Assembly: GCA_965206275.1 (NCBI GenBank) | Contig: OZ242203.1 | Span: 1,678,485-1,742,484 of the forward strand | DNA length: 64,000 nt | Reading direction: 5' to 3' | Source: Dehalococcoidia bacterium | GTDB taxonomy: Bacteria > Chloroflexota > Dehalococcoidia > UBA6926 | Part shown: piece after piece, positions 15,684-25,731 of the stretch | Numbering within the stretch: the first letter of the stretch is position 1 | How the letters are laid out: the number at the start of each line of letters is the position of its first letter | The notes under the pieces: generated by a model | What the model saw: the letters and a program-made list of their open reading frames with translations, nothing else | What the model was told of the DNA's origin: nothing | Databases searched by the model: none | Position numbers and translations under genes: made by a program

Positions 15684-16661
15684 ATGAACGTGCGGAGTGA
15701 GGACGCATTCCCTGAGCGGGGAGTAAATGAACTCTTCGCGGAACTCTGGTCCGTCTACCTGGCTCGCGTTGTCCGCCTGCTTCTTATCTCGGTAGTCAGC
15801 GCCGCCATTGTATTCGGCGTCATGTACGGCGTCGACACGATCTTGCCTGTAGGGAATCAGCCGGCAATCGATGAGATTCGAGCAAGTGTGCCGATAGACG
15901 GAGTCCCAACCGATGAGCAGCTCCAGGAGATAGCCGAACTTCAGTTGGATGATTTGCCGCTGGCTCTACTCGAGGCGGCGCTCATCGTCAGCGCTGCTCT
16001 GCTGGTGACTGCCGTGGCTGCGGGCGCCTACATGTTCGTCATTGGGGCGCACTATGTTGTTGGCCGCGTCCTGATCTCGGAGGCCCTGACGTTTTCTCTG
16101 CAGCGCGTTGGCAGCCTCATCATCACGACGCTGATGGCACTTGGGGTGGTGTTCGCCGTTTGGACGCTCTTGTTCCTCGTCCCGTTCTTAATTGCAAACG
16201 CCACGATAGATGCCACCCTGATTGCCGCTCTGTTTGGCTTACTCTCCTTTACGGGTTTTATAGGCGCGGTGGTCATAACGGCGTATGTCGCCATCCGCTG
16301 GACGTTCATCTGGCCCGTCATTGCCTTTGAAGGGCTCATCGGAGTTGCCGCTCTAAGACGCAGCTGGGAACTGACGGAGAATTTCTGGTGGCGGACGTTC
16401 GGCGTCGTTGTCATGACAACGCTCGCCGTCTTTGCTATCGGATTTCCCGGTCTCATCGCGACCGGAGCAGGACTTGACACGGTCGGGAACTGGTATACAA
16501 ACCTCATCTCCCCCGCGATTTCGGGGCCGATTCAGGCCATCATGATTTTCCTGCTCTACGCAGACCTGCGAACCCGCAAGGAAGACCCCGCGGGCTACGG
16601 CCCCAACCAAATCGCGAGTGAACTCAACTTCCAGCCGCAGGTATGGGACGACGCGCCATAA
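15684..16661 (+). CDS. multi-pass membrane protein, unknown function
   Basis: About 6-7 hydrophobic helices. No catalytic motif recognised. Confidence 0.6.
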   Translation: MNVRSEDAFPERGVNELFAELWSVYLARVVRLLLISVVSAAIVFGVMYGVDTILPVGNQPAIDEIRASVPIDGVPTDEQLQEIAELQLDDLPLALLEAALIVSAALLVTAVAAGAYMFVIGAHYVVGRVLISEALTFSLQRVGSLIITTLMALGVVFAVWTLLFLVPFLIANATIDATLIAALFGLLSFTGFIGAVVITAYVAIRWTFIWPVIAFEGLIGVAALRRSWELTENFWWRTFGVVVMTTLAVFAIGFPGLIATGAGLDTVGNWYTNLISPAISGPIQAIMIFLLYADLRTRKEDPAGYGPNQIASELNFQPQVWDDAP

Positions 16662-16696
16662 AGCGACGCCGGTCCGCTCATCCCATAGCAACCCGT

Positions 16697-16722
16697 CCGT
16701 TCACCCTGAGCTTGTCGAAGGG
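16697..16722. repeat. REP-like module A
   Basis: CCGTTCACCCTGAGCTTGTCGAAGGG is identical over 26 nt to 49932-49957. Confidence 0.65.
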
Positions 16723-16997
16723 TCGCCCCCAATCACGACGTTCCATTTCCTGACCCGCCACGAGGCGACCAGGCCGTTGTTGATATACGGATCCTTCGAA
16801 ACGAAGTCATCGATGACGGACGTATCGTCAGTACGGAACACGATGGACGCGCCGTCAACGGGATCGTCGTACGCCCCGGCAATGGGCACAATCCCGCGAG
16901 CATTGAGGTCTCTCAGAAGCCCCAGGTGTTCATCGCGATACGCCGGCCGTCGCTCCAACACATCCGCCACGTATTCATAAATCAGAATGTAGTACAT
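16701..16997 (-). CDS. YciI-family protein
   Basis: MYYILIYEY... start, RP..R..HL, and DPY......W.V..W. The last codons run into module A. Confidence 0.7.
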   Translation of the reverse strand: MYYILIYEYVADVLERRPAYRDEHLGLLRDLNARGIVPIAGAYDDPVDGASIVFRTDDTSVIDDFVSKDPYINNGLVASWRVRKWNVVIGGDPSTSSG

Positions 16998-17000
16998 TGC

Positions 17001-19832
17001 TTAGCCGAGTCGTGCCAGCTGCTCCTCGATGCGCTGCACGCGCTGACGTGATTCCTCAAGCCGCTCCTCTTCTTTGGCCACAACCTGCGGCGGCGCCTTG
17101 GATCGGAAGCTGTCATTGGCCAACCGCTGCTCAAGCCCGGTGAGGCGTCCGCGCGTTTCCTCCAACTCCTTTGAGAGCCGTGACCGCTCCGCGTCGGCGT
17201 CCACCAGCCCCGCCAGCGGCACCATAACTGTCACGCCGTCAAGGATGGCCGTCATCACGGACGCGGGATCAGGCCGCTCATCCTCGGGCGCCAGCACGCT
17301 GAGAGAGGACACGCGAGCCAGCACACCGATGGCCTCTCGCGAATCTGCGATGGCCTTCTGTGATTCCGGCACCGCGTCAACGATTGTCTCGATCATGCGC
17401 GAATGTTCAACGTTGCCCTCGGCGCGTGCATTGCGAATGGCCCGAACCACATTGATAACATCCGCAACCTCGGATTCCGCCGCCCCGTCGACATATCCCA
17501 CATCTGCCTCCGGATAAGCACTGATCATGATTGAGTCCATGCCCCGCGCCAATTCAGGTGCGCGAGCGGTGAGGCTCTGCCAGATTTCCTCGGTCACGAA
17601 CGGCATGAAGGGATGGAGCAGGCGCATCGACTGCTCAAGCACGCTAACAAGATAGTGGACGGGCCTGTCATCCCCGTTGCGAATGCGAACTTTGGCAAGC
17701 TCGATATACCAATCCGCGAATTCATCCCACAGGAAATCGCGGATGATCTGTTCGGCCTGGCCCAGTTGAAAATCCTCAAGCAGGCGGTTCACGTCCGCCG
17801 TCACGCTCGCCATACGAGAGACGATCCACCGGTCCTCGCGGTGCTCCGGTGTGGGCATCTCGCTGCCAACCTGTGTGTCCGCCTGCTCCATCGACCTCAC
17901 GACGAACCGGGCCGCGTTCCACAGCTTGTTGGCGAAGTTGCGTCCGGCCTCCATCCGCCCCGGCGTCATCGCAAGGTCATTACCTGGGCTGGTGGCGATG
18001 GTCAGTGCCATGCGGAGCGCATCCGTGCCGTACTCGGCGATGCTCTCCAGTGGATCGATCACGTTGCCGCGCGTCTTTGACATCTTCTGCCGCTGCGCAT
18101 CACGTACCAACCCGTGCAGATAGACGGTGCGGAAAGGAATATCGCCGGTGTTCTCAATGCCTAGCATGATCATTCGCGCCACCCAGAAGAACAGGATGTC
18201 GTATCCGGTTTCAAGCACGGATGTCGGATAGAAATAGAGGAAATCCTCGGTCTGTTCCGGCCAACCCATCGTGGAATGCGGCCAGAGTCCCGAGGAAAAC
18301 CACGTGTCCAGCACGTCCGGGTCCTGCACGAGACTTTTTGAGCCGCAGGAGGAGCATTCGGACGGATCTTCCGCGGCCACGATGGGTGTCGTGTCCTTGC
18401 CCGCATCCGCCCGATCCGAACGCGCGACGATCTCGTTGTGGGTCAGGCCCATGTCGGTGAGTTCCGCGTATGTGGCCGACCATACATCCTGTCCGTCTGC
18501 GTCCGTGACAGGCTCGCGCAACACCATCTCCAGCCGTTCGCCGTCGCACTGGCCGCAGAACCATGCCGGAATGCGATGCCCCCACCATAGCTGGCGGGAG
18601 ATGCACCAGTCCCGGATGCCGTCCATCCAGTTCAGATAAGTTCCAGTGAACCGCTCCGGCACGATGTTGATCCGACCGTCCCGCACGGCCTCTGCGGCGG
18701 GTTCTGCGAGGGGCAGAATGTCCACGAACCACTGGATGCTGACGCGCGGCTCAATGACCGACTGACAACGGTAGCATCGCCCTACGCGGTTCTGGTAGTC
18801 CTCGGTCTTTTCGAGGAACCCCTGCGCCCCAAGATCCGCCACGATCTGTTGCCGCGCCTCGAAGCGGTCAAGTCCCTTATACGGCCCGGCGTGCTCGTTC
18901 ATCGCCCCGTCTGTGTCAATGACTTCGATGATGTCGAGCCCGTGTCGCTGTCCGATCTCAAAGTCGTTTTGGTCGTGCGCAGGCGTCACCTTGAGCGCGC
19001 CTGTCCCGAACTCCATATCCACGTAGTCATCGCCGATGATGGGAATCTCACGGTTGATAATGGGCAGCCGGACAGTCGATCCGATAGCGTCCGCGAAGCG
19101 CGGATCGTTCGTGTTCACGGCGACGGCCGTATCACCTAGGTACGTCTCCGGTCTCGTTGTCGCAACGGTTACATACCGCCCCGAACCGTCTGTGTACGGA
19201 TAGTTGATGTGCCAGAGCTTTCCCTCGGTGTCCTCGTATTCGGTTTCAAGGTCGGACAGGGCGGTGTGATCCGTCGGGCACCAGTTGATCATCCGCTCGC
19301 CGCGATAGATGCGCCCCTTGTCAAAAAGATTCACAAAAGTCGCACGCACGGCGCGGGACGGTCCCTCGTCCAGCGTGAACCGCTCCCGAGACCAATCACA
19401 GGATGCCCCAAGCCGACGATGCTGATACTGGATAAGGTCCATGCACTCGCGCACCCAATCCCAGACGTGGTCAGTGAACTGTGCGCGTCCGATTTTGCGT
19501 CGATCCGTCTCCTGCGACGCGAGTTGATTCTCAACGACATACTGGGTTGCGATGCCCGCGTGATCCGTCCCCGGTAGCCATAACGTAGGGTCGCCGCGCA
19601 TTCGATGCCATCGAACTAAAATGTCTTCGATTGCCGCCGTCAGTGCGTGTCCCAGATGCAGCTGCCCCGTGACATTCGGCGGCGGCATGATGACGACGAA
19701 GGGCTCTTTGGCCGGGTCAATCGTTGGCTTAAAGTAACCGCGCTCTTCCCACCACCGGTAGCGCGCCTCTTCGAAACGCGCCGGGTCATACGCGGGCGGC
19801 ATCTCGGCCGCACGGTCAACGGTCGATGTCAT
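17001..19832 (-). CDS. valS: valine--tRNA ligase
   Basis: HIGH region PNVTGQLHLGHAL, KMSKS region KMSKTRGN, and a C-terminal coiled coil. Confidence 0.95.
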   Translation of the reverse strand: MTSTVDRAAEMPPAYDPARFEEARYRWWEERGYFKPTIDPAKEPFVVIMPPPNVTGQLHLGHALTAAIEDILVRWHRMRGDPTLWLPGTDHAGIATQYVVENQLASQETDRRKIGRAQFTDHVWDWVRECMDLIQYQHRRLGASCDWSRERFTLDEGPSRAVRATFVNLFDKGRIYRGERMINWCPTDHTALSDLETEYEDTEGKLWHINYPYTDGSGRYVTVATTRPETYLGDTAVAVNTNDPRFADAIGSTVRLPIINREIPIIGDDYVDMEFGTGALKVTPAHDQNDFEIGQRHGLDIIEVIDTDGAMNEHAGPYKGLDRFEARQQIVADLGAQGFLEKTEDYQNRVGRCYRCQSVIEPRVSIQWFVDILPLAEPAAEAVRDGRINIVPERFTGTYLNWMDGIRDWCISRQLWWGHRIPAWFCGQCDGERLEMVLREPVTDADGQDVWSATYAELTDMGLTHNEIVARSDRADAGKDTTPIVAAEDPSECSSCGSKSLVQDPDVLDTWFSSGLWPHSTMGWPEQTEDFLYFYPTSVLETGYDILFFWVARMIMLGIENTGDIPFRTVYLHGLVRDAQRQKMSKTRGNVIDPLESIAEYGTDALRMALTIATSPGNDLAMTPGRMEAGRNFANKLWNAARFVVRSMEQADTQVGSEMPTPEHREDRWIVSRMASVTADVNRLLEDFQLGQAEQIIRDFLWDEFADWYIELAKVRIRNGDDRPVHYLVSVLEQSMRLLHPFMPFVTEEIWQSLTARAPELARGMDSIMISAYPEADVGYVDGAAESEVADVINVVRAIRNARAEGNVEHSRMIETIVDAVPESQKAIADSREAIGVLARVSSLSVLAPEDERPDPASVMTAILDGVTVMVPLAGLVDADAERSRLSKELEETRGRLTGLEQRLANDSFRSKAPPQVVAKEEERLEESRQRVQRIEEQLARLG

Positions 19833-19913
19833 TACCGGAGACTCCAGGGCGTCAACATAGCAGCAAAGTCAGGATAGAAAATCATAGTGGCTTCTATTGT
19901 AGCGAATATAAGT

Positions 19914-19946
19914 CCCCTCTCCCTCAGGGAGAGGGTTAAGGTGAGG
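19914..19946. repeat. hairpin repeat CCCCTCTCCC-TCA-GGGAGAGGG(TTAAGGTGAGG), terminator-like
   Basis: Perfect 9-bp stem overlapping the stop (19936-19938) and last codons of the 19936-20622 gene. The motif resembles a widespread REP-type sequence. Confidence 0.5.
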
Positions 19947-20622
19947 AGGACTCGGCCTGCCCCGTCACCACAAGCGCCCGCTCGTAGTCCTCCGGGCTGT
20001 TCATGTTCACGATGACGATAGGGTCTGCGAATTCGACCCTATTCACACGATCAGGATCACGTTCCGTGATCTCACGCAGACCGCGTTCCGCCTCTGTGAT
20101 TGCCTCGATCTCGGAACGCAGTGAAGAGTTCATAACGGGCGGATGCCCCTCGATGCCGCCGTGCCACGGATACGTGATCGGCAGCCCGCCTGCATGATGC
20201 GCCTCCACCAACATATCAGTGATGTGCGCAGGCTTCGGCGCGTCCATTGCGAGAAAGATCCAGTCGGTGGCGCGAGGATCGGCGGCGGCCAGCCCGGCCA
20301 GCACGGAAGTCGTCTTGCCTCGTTCGTAGTCTGTATTCTCGATGATCTTGTAGACCGGTACTCGCTCAAGCGACTCCGGCAGCAGAGGCCGATAGTCGTC
20401 GGCGTCCTCACCAAGCACGACAATCACCTCGTCCACGCCCGAAAGCCCGCCCTGCTCAACTTGGTACGTCAGTAAGTCCTTGCCCATCCATGGCAGCGTC
20501 TGCTTGGGTCGACCCATGCGCGACGAACTGCCCGCGGCGAGAATAACCAGGGAAACGAATCGGGTATCCGTTCCGGTCACGCGAGTTCCTTGTTGATCAC
20601 CCGCTGAAAAGGGCGCAAACAC
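19936..20622 (-). CDS. MobA/MocA-like nucleotidyltransferase (molybdenum cofactor nucleotidylyltransferase family)
   Basis: ILAAGSSSRMGRPKQ motif. Confidence 0.75.
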   Translation of the reverse strand: MFAPFSAGDQQGTRVTGTDTRFVSLVILAAGSSSRMGRPKQTLPWMGKDLLTYQVEQGGLSGVDEVIVVLGEDADDYRPLLPESLERVPVYKIIENTDYERGKTTSVLAGLAAADPRATDWIFLAMDAPKPAHITDMLVEAHHAGGLPITYPWHGGIEGHPPVMNSSLRSEIEAITEAERGLREITERDPDRVNRVEFADPIVIVNMNSPEDYERALVVTGQAESSSP

Positions 20623-21808
20623 GGTCGAGCACGGAGTCCGCCACTTCGCGTTTCGACATCAGCGGCAGATCCTCCTGACCGCCGGACTTGTCGAGGATGA
20701 CGACACGATTCGTGTCCACCGCGAAGCCGGCATCAGTCGCGGAAACGTCGTTGGCGACAATCATGTCCAGCTTCTTGCCCTCCAGCTTGGCGCGTGCGTT
20801 ATTGAGCAGATCCTCCGTCTCGGCGGCAAAGCCGACCTTGATGCCCGGCAAGCCGCTCACCTGCGCGAGGATGTCCGGCGTCTTCTGCATCTCGATGGTC
20901 AGGCGATCTTGCCCCTCGACCTTCTTCATCTTCTGGCCCGCTGCAGAGATCGGCTCCCAGTCCGCCACGGCAGCCGCCATGACGAGCGCGTCCGCCGCGT
21001 CGTTTAGGGCATCCGAGACAGCTGCAAGCATCTGACGAGCGCTCTCCACCTTGACGACCTTGACACCCGCCGGATTGGCGAGACTCGCTGCCGTTACTAA
21101 AGTCACGCGCGCCCCGCGATCCCGTGCCGCCTCCGCGAACGCATACCCTTGCTTGCCGGACGAACGATTCGTCACGACGCGCACCGGATCAATAGGCTCT
21201 TGTGTCCCGCCCGCCGAGACGACGATATGCCGCCCTGCCAGGTCCTGGTTCGCAGAGAGGATCCCCCCCAGCGCCTCAAGAATCTCCGCGGTTTCGACGA
21301 GTCGGCCGCTGCCGACTGCGCCCGAGGCAAGACGGCCTTCGTTCGGCCCAGCGAATTCAAAGCCACGCTCTTTCAGAGCTGCCACATTCGCTTGTGTCGC
21401 TGTGTTCGCCCACATGTGGTGCTCCATCGCGGGCGCGATCAACACCGGGGCTTCAGTGGCGAGAACGATGGTCGAGAGCGCGTCGTCGGCGAGGCCGTGT
21501 GCCAGCTTGGCCATCACGTTCGCCGTTGCAGGCGCGATGACGATGGCGTCCGCCTGACGCGCAATCTCAACGTGCTCAAGTGGGTCCTCGGAGTTCGCGT
21601 CAAATAGGTCAGTAATGACCAGTCGATGTGTCAGGGAACGGAACGTGAGCGGTGTGATGAACTCCTGCGCTGAGCGGGTCAGCACAACGTCCACCAACGC
21701 CCCCGCCTGCATCAGCTTGGAGGCGATGTCCGCCGCCTTATAGCTCGCGATGCTGCCGGATACGCCCAGAACAACCCGCTTGCCTGCTATCGCGTCTGCA
21801 CTGCTCAT
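20597..21808 (-). CDS. coaBC: bifunctional phosphopantothenoylcysteine decarboxylase / phosphopantothenate-cysteine ligase
   Basis: VVLGVSGSIASYKA flavoprotein N-terminal domain. The C-terminal domain has SSGKQGYA. Confidence 0.9.
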   Translation of the reverse strand: MSSADAIAGKRVVLGVSGSIASYKAADIASKLMQAGALVDVVLTRSAQEFITPLTFRSLTHRLVITDLFDANSEDPLEHVEIARQADAIVIAPATANVMAKLAHGLADDALSTIVLATEAPVLIAPAMEHHMWANTATQANVAALKERGFEFAGPNEGRLASGAVGSGRLVETAEILEALGGILSANQDLAGRHIVVSAGGTQEPIDPVRVVTNRSSGKQGYAFAEAARDRGARVTLVTAASLANPAGVKVVKVESARQMLAAVSDALNDAADALVMAAAVADWEPISAAGQKMKKVEGQDRLTIEMQKTPDILAQVSGLPGIKVGFAAETEDLLNNARAKLEGKKLDMIVANDVSATDAGFAVDTNRVVILDKSGGQEDLPLMSKREVADSVLDRVCALFSG

Positions 21809-21811
21809 CGT

Positions 21812-22579
21812 CTATCCCTGATTCAACTCCCAGATTAGCCTAAGTCCCTGCAGTGTCAGATCCGGCTCCAGTTCGTCGATGATCGTCGTCCGCTCTGCAA
21901 TCGGCTCAACAAGCCCACCCGTCGCAATCACACGAGCCTCCGAGCCAATCTCAGCGCGTATTCGCCGAATCACTCCCTCCATCAGCCCAACATACCCGTA
22001 CATCAGCCCGGAGCGCATCGCCTGATCCGTGTCACGCCCGATGACTTTCTCAGGGAACACCGGGTCAATGGGCGGCAACTGCGCAGCGCGTGCGGTCAGT
22101 GCTTCCGATGCCAACGAAATACCCGGAGCGATGACGCCCCCGATGAATACTCCGTCCTCCGTCACCACGTCGAATGTTGTCGCGGTGCCGAAATCGACCA
22201 CAATACCCGGCCCACCATGCAGTCCGTACGCCGCTGCCGCGTTCACGATTCTGTCTGTGCCGACGCCGTCCGGCTTGTCCACATCCAGCGTAACGCCGCG
22301 ATTCCTTGCTGTCTTGACGTCAAGAGCGGAGACGCCGAACGTGTCTGCCGCCGCACGCTCCATCATTGTCGTTAGAGGCGGCACGACCGAACACAGAGAA
22401 ACGCCGTCGATGTCGGATTCACGAATGCTAAAGCGCGCCAGCGCAGAGCACATGTAGTCAGCCGTATCGGAGGGCGAGCTGCTTGCCCCTGTTGAGAGAC
22501 GGTCGGACACGACCACCTGCTCACCGTCAAAGACGGCAAACTTCAGATTCGTGTTCCCTATATCAACGGCCAACAGCAT
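21812..22579 (-). CDS. coaX: type III pantothenate kinase
   Basis: LLAVDIGNTN, DFGTATTFD and TGGL motifs. Confidence 0.9.
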   Translation of the reverse strand: MLLAVDIGNTNLKFAVFDGEQVVVSDRLSTGASSSPSDTADYMCSALARFSIRESDIDGVSLCSVVPPLTTMMERAAADTFGVSALDVKTARNRGVTLDVDKPDGVGTDRIVNAAAAYGLHGGPGIVVDFGTATTFDVVTEDGVFIGGVIAPGISLASEALTARAAQLPPIDPVFPEKVIGRDTDQAMRSGLMYGYVGLMEGVIRRIRAEIGSEARVIATGGLVEPIAERTTIIDELEPDLTLQGLRLIWELNQG

Positions 22580-22695
22580 CCGTCACTCGGCCCCCCGATA
22601 GCAGTTGCTCTCAAAAGACACACGCAATTATACGCGTCAGGTCTATCCATCGGAGCGGCGAATCTGAAACAATCTGGAAACAAGGAGAATTACAT

Positions 22696-23562
22696 ATGAC
22701 CAACCCAACCCGCACAATCCTCGTTATCGGCGCGACTGGCAATCAGGGCGGCGGCCTTGTCGGCCACCTGCTCACGTCCAAGAACTGGCACGTCCGCGGT
22801 CTAACGCGTTCGCCGCAGAGCGAAAAGGCGCAAGCGCTCGCCGCGCGCGGCGTAGAAATCGTGACGGGAGACATGGATGATGTTGCGTCGCTCGATGCCG
22901 CCATGCAGGGCGCATACGGCGTTTTTTCAGTGCAGGATCAGGCTCCTGAGGATGATCCGATGCACGAGGCACGGCAGGGCATCGCCGTCGCGAACGCGGC
23001 GAAGCGGGCAGGGGTGAGCCATCTGGTCTACACCGCCTCCTGCGGCGCAAAGGAGCCGGATCGCGGTGTCTCGTATTGGGACGCCAAACTTGAGGTCATC
23101 GCCCACATCCGCCGGCTTGGTATCCCGTACACCATCCTCCGCCCCGTCTCGTTCGCGGAGAACTATCTCTATGACCGCGAGGGCATCGCCAACGGTGTCA
23201 TTCGGGGGATGTTGACGCCGGACAAAACCTTGCAGGTCATCTCCGGGCACGACATCGGCGCGTTCGCTGCCGCCGCGTTCAACAACCCGGGCACGTACGC
23301 CGGGCAGGAAATCGATATTGCCGCCGAGACTGTCACCATGAACGATATTGCCGCCGCTCTGGGTAGGGTCGCCGGTCACGACGTTCGATATGAGCAGATC
23401 CCTGAGGCGGACTGGCCCCGCGTCTCTCCCCCATCAACTATCGCCATGACCAGGTGGTACCAGCAATACGGCTACGACGAGGACATTCCCGCCCTCAAGG
23501 CCAAGTGGGGAATCCCAACGCTCACGTTCGAGGAATGGCTCCGCGCCATCGGCTGGCGCTAG
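22696..23562 (+). CDS. NmrA-family NAD(P)-binding protein
   Basis: ILVIGATGNQGG. RBS AAGGAG lies 8 nt before ATG 22696. The track N-terminal extension is antisense to coaX. Confidence 0.8.
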   Translation: MTNPTRTILVIGATGNQGGGLVGHLLTSKNWHVRGLTRSPQSEKAQALAARGVEIVTGDMDDVASLDAAMQGAYGVFSVQDQAPEDDPMHEARQGIAVANAAKRAGVSHLVYTASCGAKEPDRGVSYWDAKLEVIAHIRRLGIPYTILRPVSFAENYLYDREGIANGVIRGMLTPDKTLQVISGHDIGAFAAAAFNNPGTYAGQEIDIAAETVTMNDIAAALGRVAGHDVRYEQIPEADWPRVSPPSTIAMTRWYQQYGYDEDIPALKAKWGIPTLTFEEWLRAIGWR

Positions 23563-25133
23563 GCAAACATCGGTGGAACCGGCCCCTCTCCTCGTGCAAT
23601 AACCCCCATCGCCGCCGGAATCTTCTCAATCAGGTCCGAGGCCAGCAGCCCCGAGGCCATGTTGCCGTTTGCGTTAGCAGCTAGCGCCGCCGCCGTTCCG
23701 TGTACATAAACCCCGGCCCGCGCCGCGTCAGAGGCCGCTAGTCCCTGCGCGAGGAAACCAGTGATGATGCCCGCCAACGCATCCCCCGTTCCGCCCGATG
23801 CAAGGGCAGGCAACGCCAACGGACAGATGGACGGCGGCTCATCCCGACTCCCAATGACCGTGTACGCGCCCTTGAGAACCACGGTCACGCCCCACTCTTT
23901 AGCCTTTTCCTTGGCAATCCCAAATCTGTCCTGTTGAACCTCTTCAGCCGATGTTCCGCGCAGCCGCGCCATCTCACCTGGGTGAGGAGTGATGACTATC
24001 GGGCCGGACAGCGACTTCCACCACTCGGATTTCTCAGCTAGTCGATTCAATGCGTCAGCATCAAGCACGATGGGCGTGTCTGTAGGTAGTTCACGAAGCA
24101 AGACGTCTGCAAACGAATCCGTTCCGACAGACCGCCCTAGGCCGGGCCCGACGCAAAACGCATCCGGCGCTTTCGTCTGCAATGAGGCCATGAGTTGCGA
24201 AACGGCTCCTGCTCCGGTCAGGCCGGTCTGCGGATGGCTCGTCAGCGGAATATGTGTCGCCTCCGGCGCGGTATTTGCCAGAGAAGTTGTTATTGAATCA
24301 GGCGCAGCGATGGCAACAGTTCCTGATCCGGCTCGCGCAGCCGCTTGTGCCGCCAATGCGGGTGCGCCGCGATACTGATCCGACCCCCCAACGATGAGAC
24401 TGTGCCCAAATGTCCCCTTATGACCGGCCGCTCTTCGATCTGGCAACAGTCTGCTAACCTCGTTCGCTGTCAGCACGCCGATGCCCGCATCCGTAGGCGA
24501 GAATGATTCGAGACCAATACCGGCAACGCGAATCTGCCCGCAGACTTCCGTGCCCCTCACGGTCAGGCAACCTCGCTTGACTGTCCCAAGCGCCACCGTC
24601 GCATCCGCTGGCAGCGTTGCCGGGTCCGCCTCCCCCGTATCCGAATCGAGTCCCGACGGCAAATCAACGGCCAAAATCGTTGACCGACCCGTCGTGCCGC
24701 GCACTGTATCCAGCGCCTCAAGCATCGGGCCTTCGATGGCGCGTGACTGCCCCGTGCCGAGCAGGGCATCAACAACTAATTCGGCTTTAGTGAGAGTCAC
24801 GTCTAAATCGGCCAAATCACCTTGCGTGATTGAGCAACCCGCTGCTACGCATTCTTCGAGCAACGGGTCGTCTGCTCGCGGAACAGGGCACACAATCGAA
24901 ACGCTCGCCCCGCGTTGCCGTAGTATCCGCGCAGCAATCAGCCCGTCGCCGCCGTTCTTGCCGGGGCCTGCAAGGACAAGAATTCGTCGTTGAACAATCT
25001 GGCTGCCAAGCACCTCTCCGACAGCGTCCGCCACCGCGCGCCCGGCGCGCTGCATCAACTCTTCGACGGTTGTGCCCGCCGCTATCGCATCCTCTTCAAT
25101 ACGCCGCATCTCCGCGGCTGTGACAACTCTCAT
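23559..25133 (-). CDS. nnr: bifunctional NAD(P)H-hydrate epimerase / ADP-dependent dehydratase
   Basis: YjeF_N domain (GPGKNGGDG) plus carbohydrate-kinase-like C domain (GGTGDALAG). Confidence 0.9.
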   Translation of the reverse strand: MRVVTAAEMRRIEEDAIAAGTTVEELMQRAGRAVADAVGEVLGSQIVQRRILVLAGPGKNGGDGLIAARILRQRGASVSIVCPVPRADDPLLEECVAAGCSITQGDLADLDVTLTKAELVVDALLGTGQSRAIEGPMLEALDTVRGTTGRSTILAVDLPSGLDSDTGEADPATLPADATVALGTVKRGCLTVRGTEVCGQIRVAGIGLESFSPTDAGIGVLTANEVSRLLPDRRAAGHKGTFGHSLIVGGSDQYRGAPALAAQAAARAGSGTVAIAAPDSITTSLANTAPEATHIPLTSHPQTGLTGAGAVSQLMASLQTKAPDAFCVGPGLGRSVGTDSFADVLLRELPTDTPIVLDADALNRLAEKSEWWKSLSGPIVITPHPGEMARLRGTSAEEVQQDRFGIAKEKAKEWGVTVVLKGAYTVIGSRDEPPSICPLALPALASGGTGDALAGIITGFLAQGLAASDAARAGVYVHGTAAALAANANGNMASGLLASDLIEKIPAAMGVIARGEGPVPPMFA

Positions 25134-25219
25134 ACAAATATCTTATGGATGTTGTCTGCCACTGGATGTAGCTTCATCCCCGCCCCCTTGAGGAGAGAGT
25201 CAGGGTGGGGGGCGGCCTC

Positions 25220-25612
25220 CTACCCTGGCGCATGGTAGGGCGACGGATACTCCGCCGTCCCCACCACGATGGACAGTGCATATTCAATCGAATGTGTCTG
25301 GCTTACGGTCAGGTCGGTCAGCCCAATGCGCTCCGCTACGGCCTTCGCCCGACCGTGCAGGCGCACCTCCGGTTTGCCGCCGCGCATCGGCAGGATTTCA
25401 ATATCCTTCCAGCCAACACCGCGCGCGCCCGTCCCCAGCGCCTTCATCACCGCCTCCTTGCTCGCGAATCGTGCTGCAAGTTCAGGGTCTCTCCCGCGGC
25501 TGGTCCGCTGCTCCTCCGGTGTGTAAACGCGATCCAGAAATCGCTGCCCGAACCGCTCACGGGCCTCTCTTATTCTCCACACCTCACACATATCGATTCC
25601 GGTGGTCAGCAT
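25220..25612 (-). CDS. acpS: holo-[acyl-carrier-protein] synthase
   Basis: MLTTGIDMCEVWRI..., FASKEAVMKALG. I chose the internal start at 25612. Confidence 0.85.
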   Translation of the reverse strand: MLTTGIDMCEVWRIREARERFGQRFLDRVYTPEEQRTSRGRDPELAARFASKEAVMKALGTGARGVGWKDIEILPMRGGKPEVRLHGRAKAVAERIGLTDLTVSQTHSIEYALSIVVGTAEYPSPYHAPG

Positions 25613-25731
25613 TGTGCAAAAAAACTCCTCTGTTGATGCAGTCCCCAGATTATCGCAGAACGGAAAACGCGCCGTCCCTGCCGTCGCGGACGCTATACTC
25701 AAGGAGGGGCAATCAGAGACAGGGAACGCCA

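Noticed and set aside
19894-19916. CTATTGTAGCGAATATAAGTCCC shares ATATAAGTCCC (11 nt) with the right TIR of the IS1595-type element
   Set aside because: Only about 14-15 of 23 positions can be aligned. There is no partner repeat, no target duplication and no cargo nearby. It is probably a chance match or an ancient remnant.
19833-19935. Possible T-box leader upstream of valS
   Set aside because: The gap is about 100 nt and is partly occupied by a REP-type hairpin. No specifier-loop or T-box sequence was recognised.
25276-25731. 150-aa N-terminal extension of the folD track ORF
   Set aside because: It is Pro/Arg/Ser-rich with no FolD similarity. It is antisense to acpS and to the hairpin region. 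FolD homology starts at ...TARIIDG.
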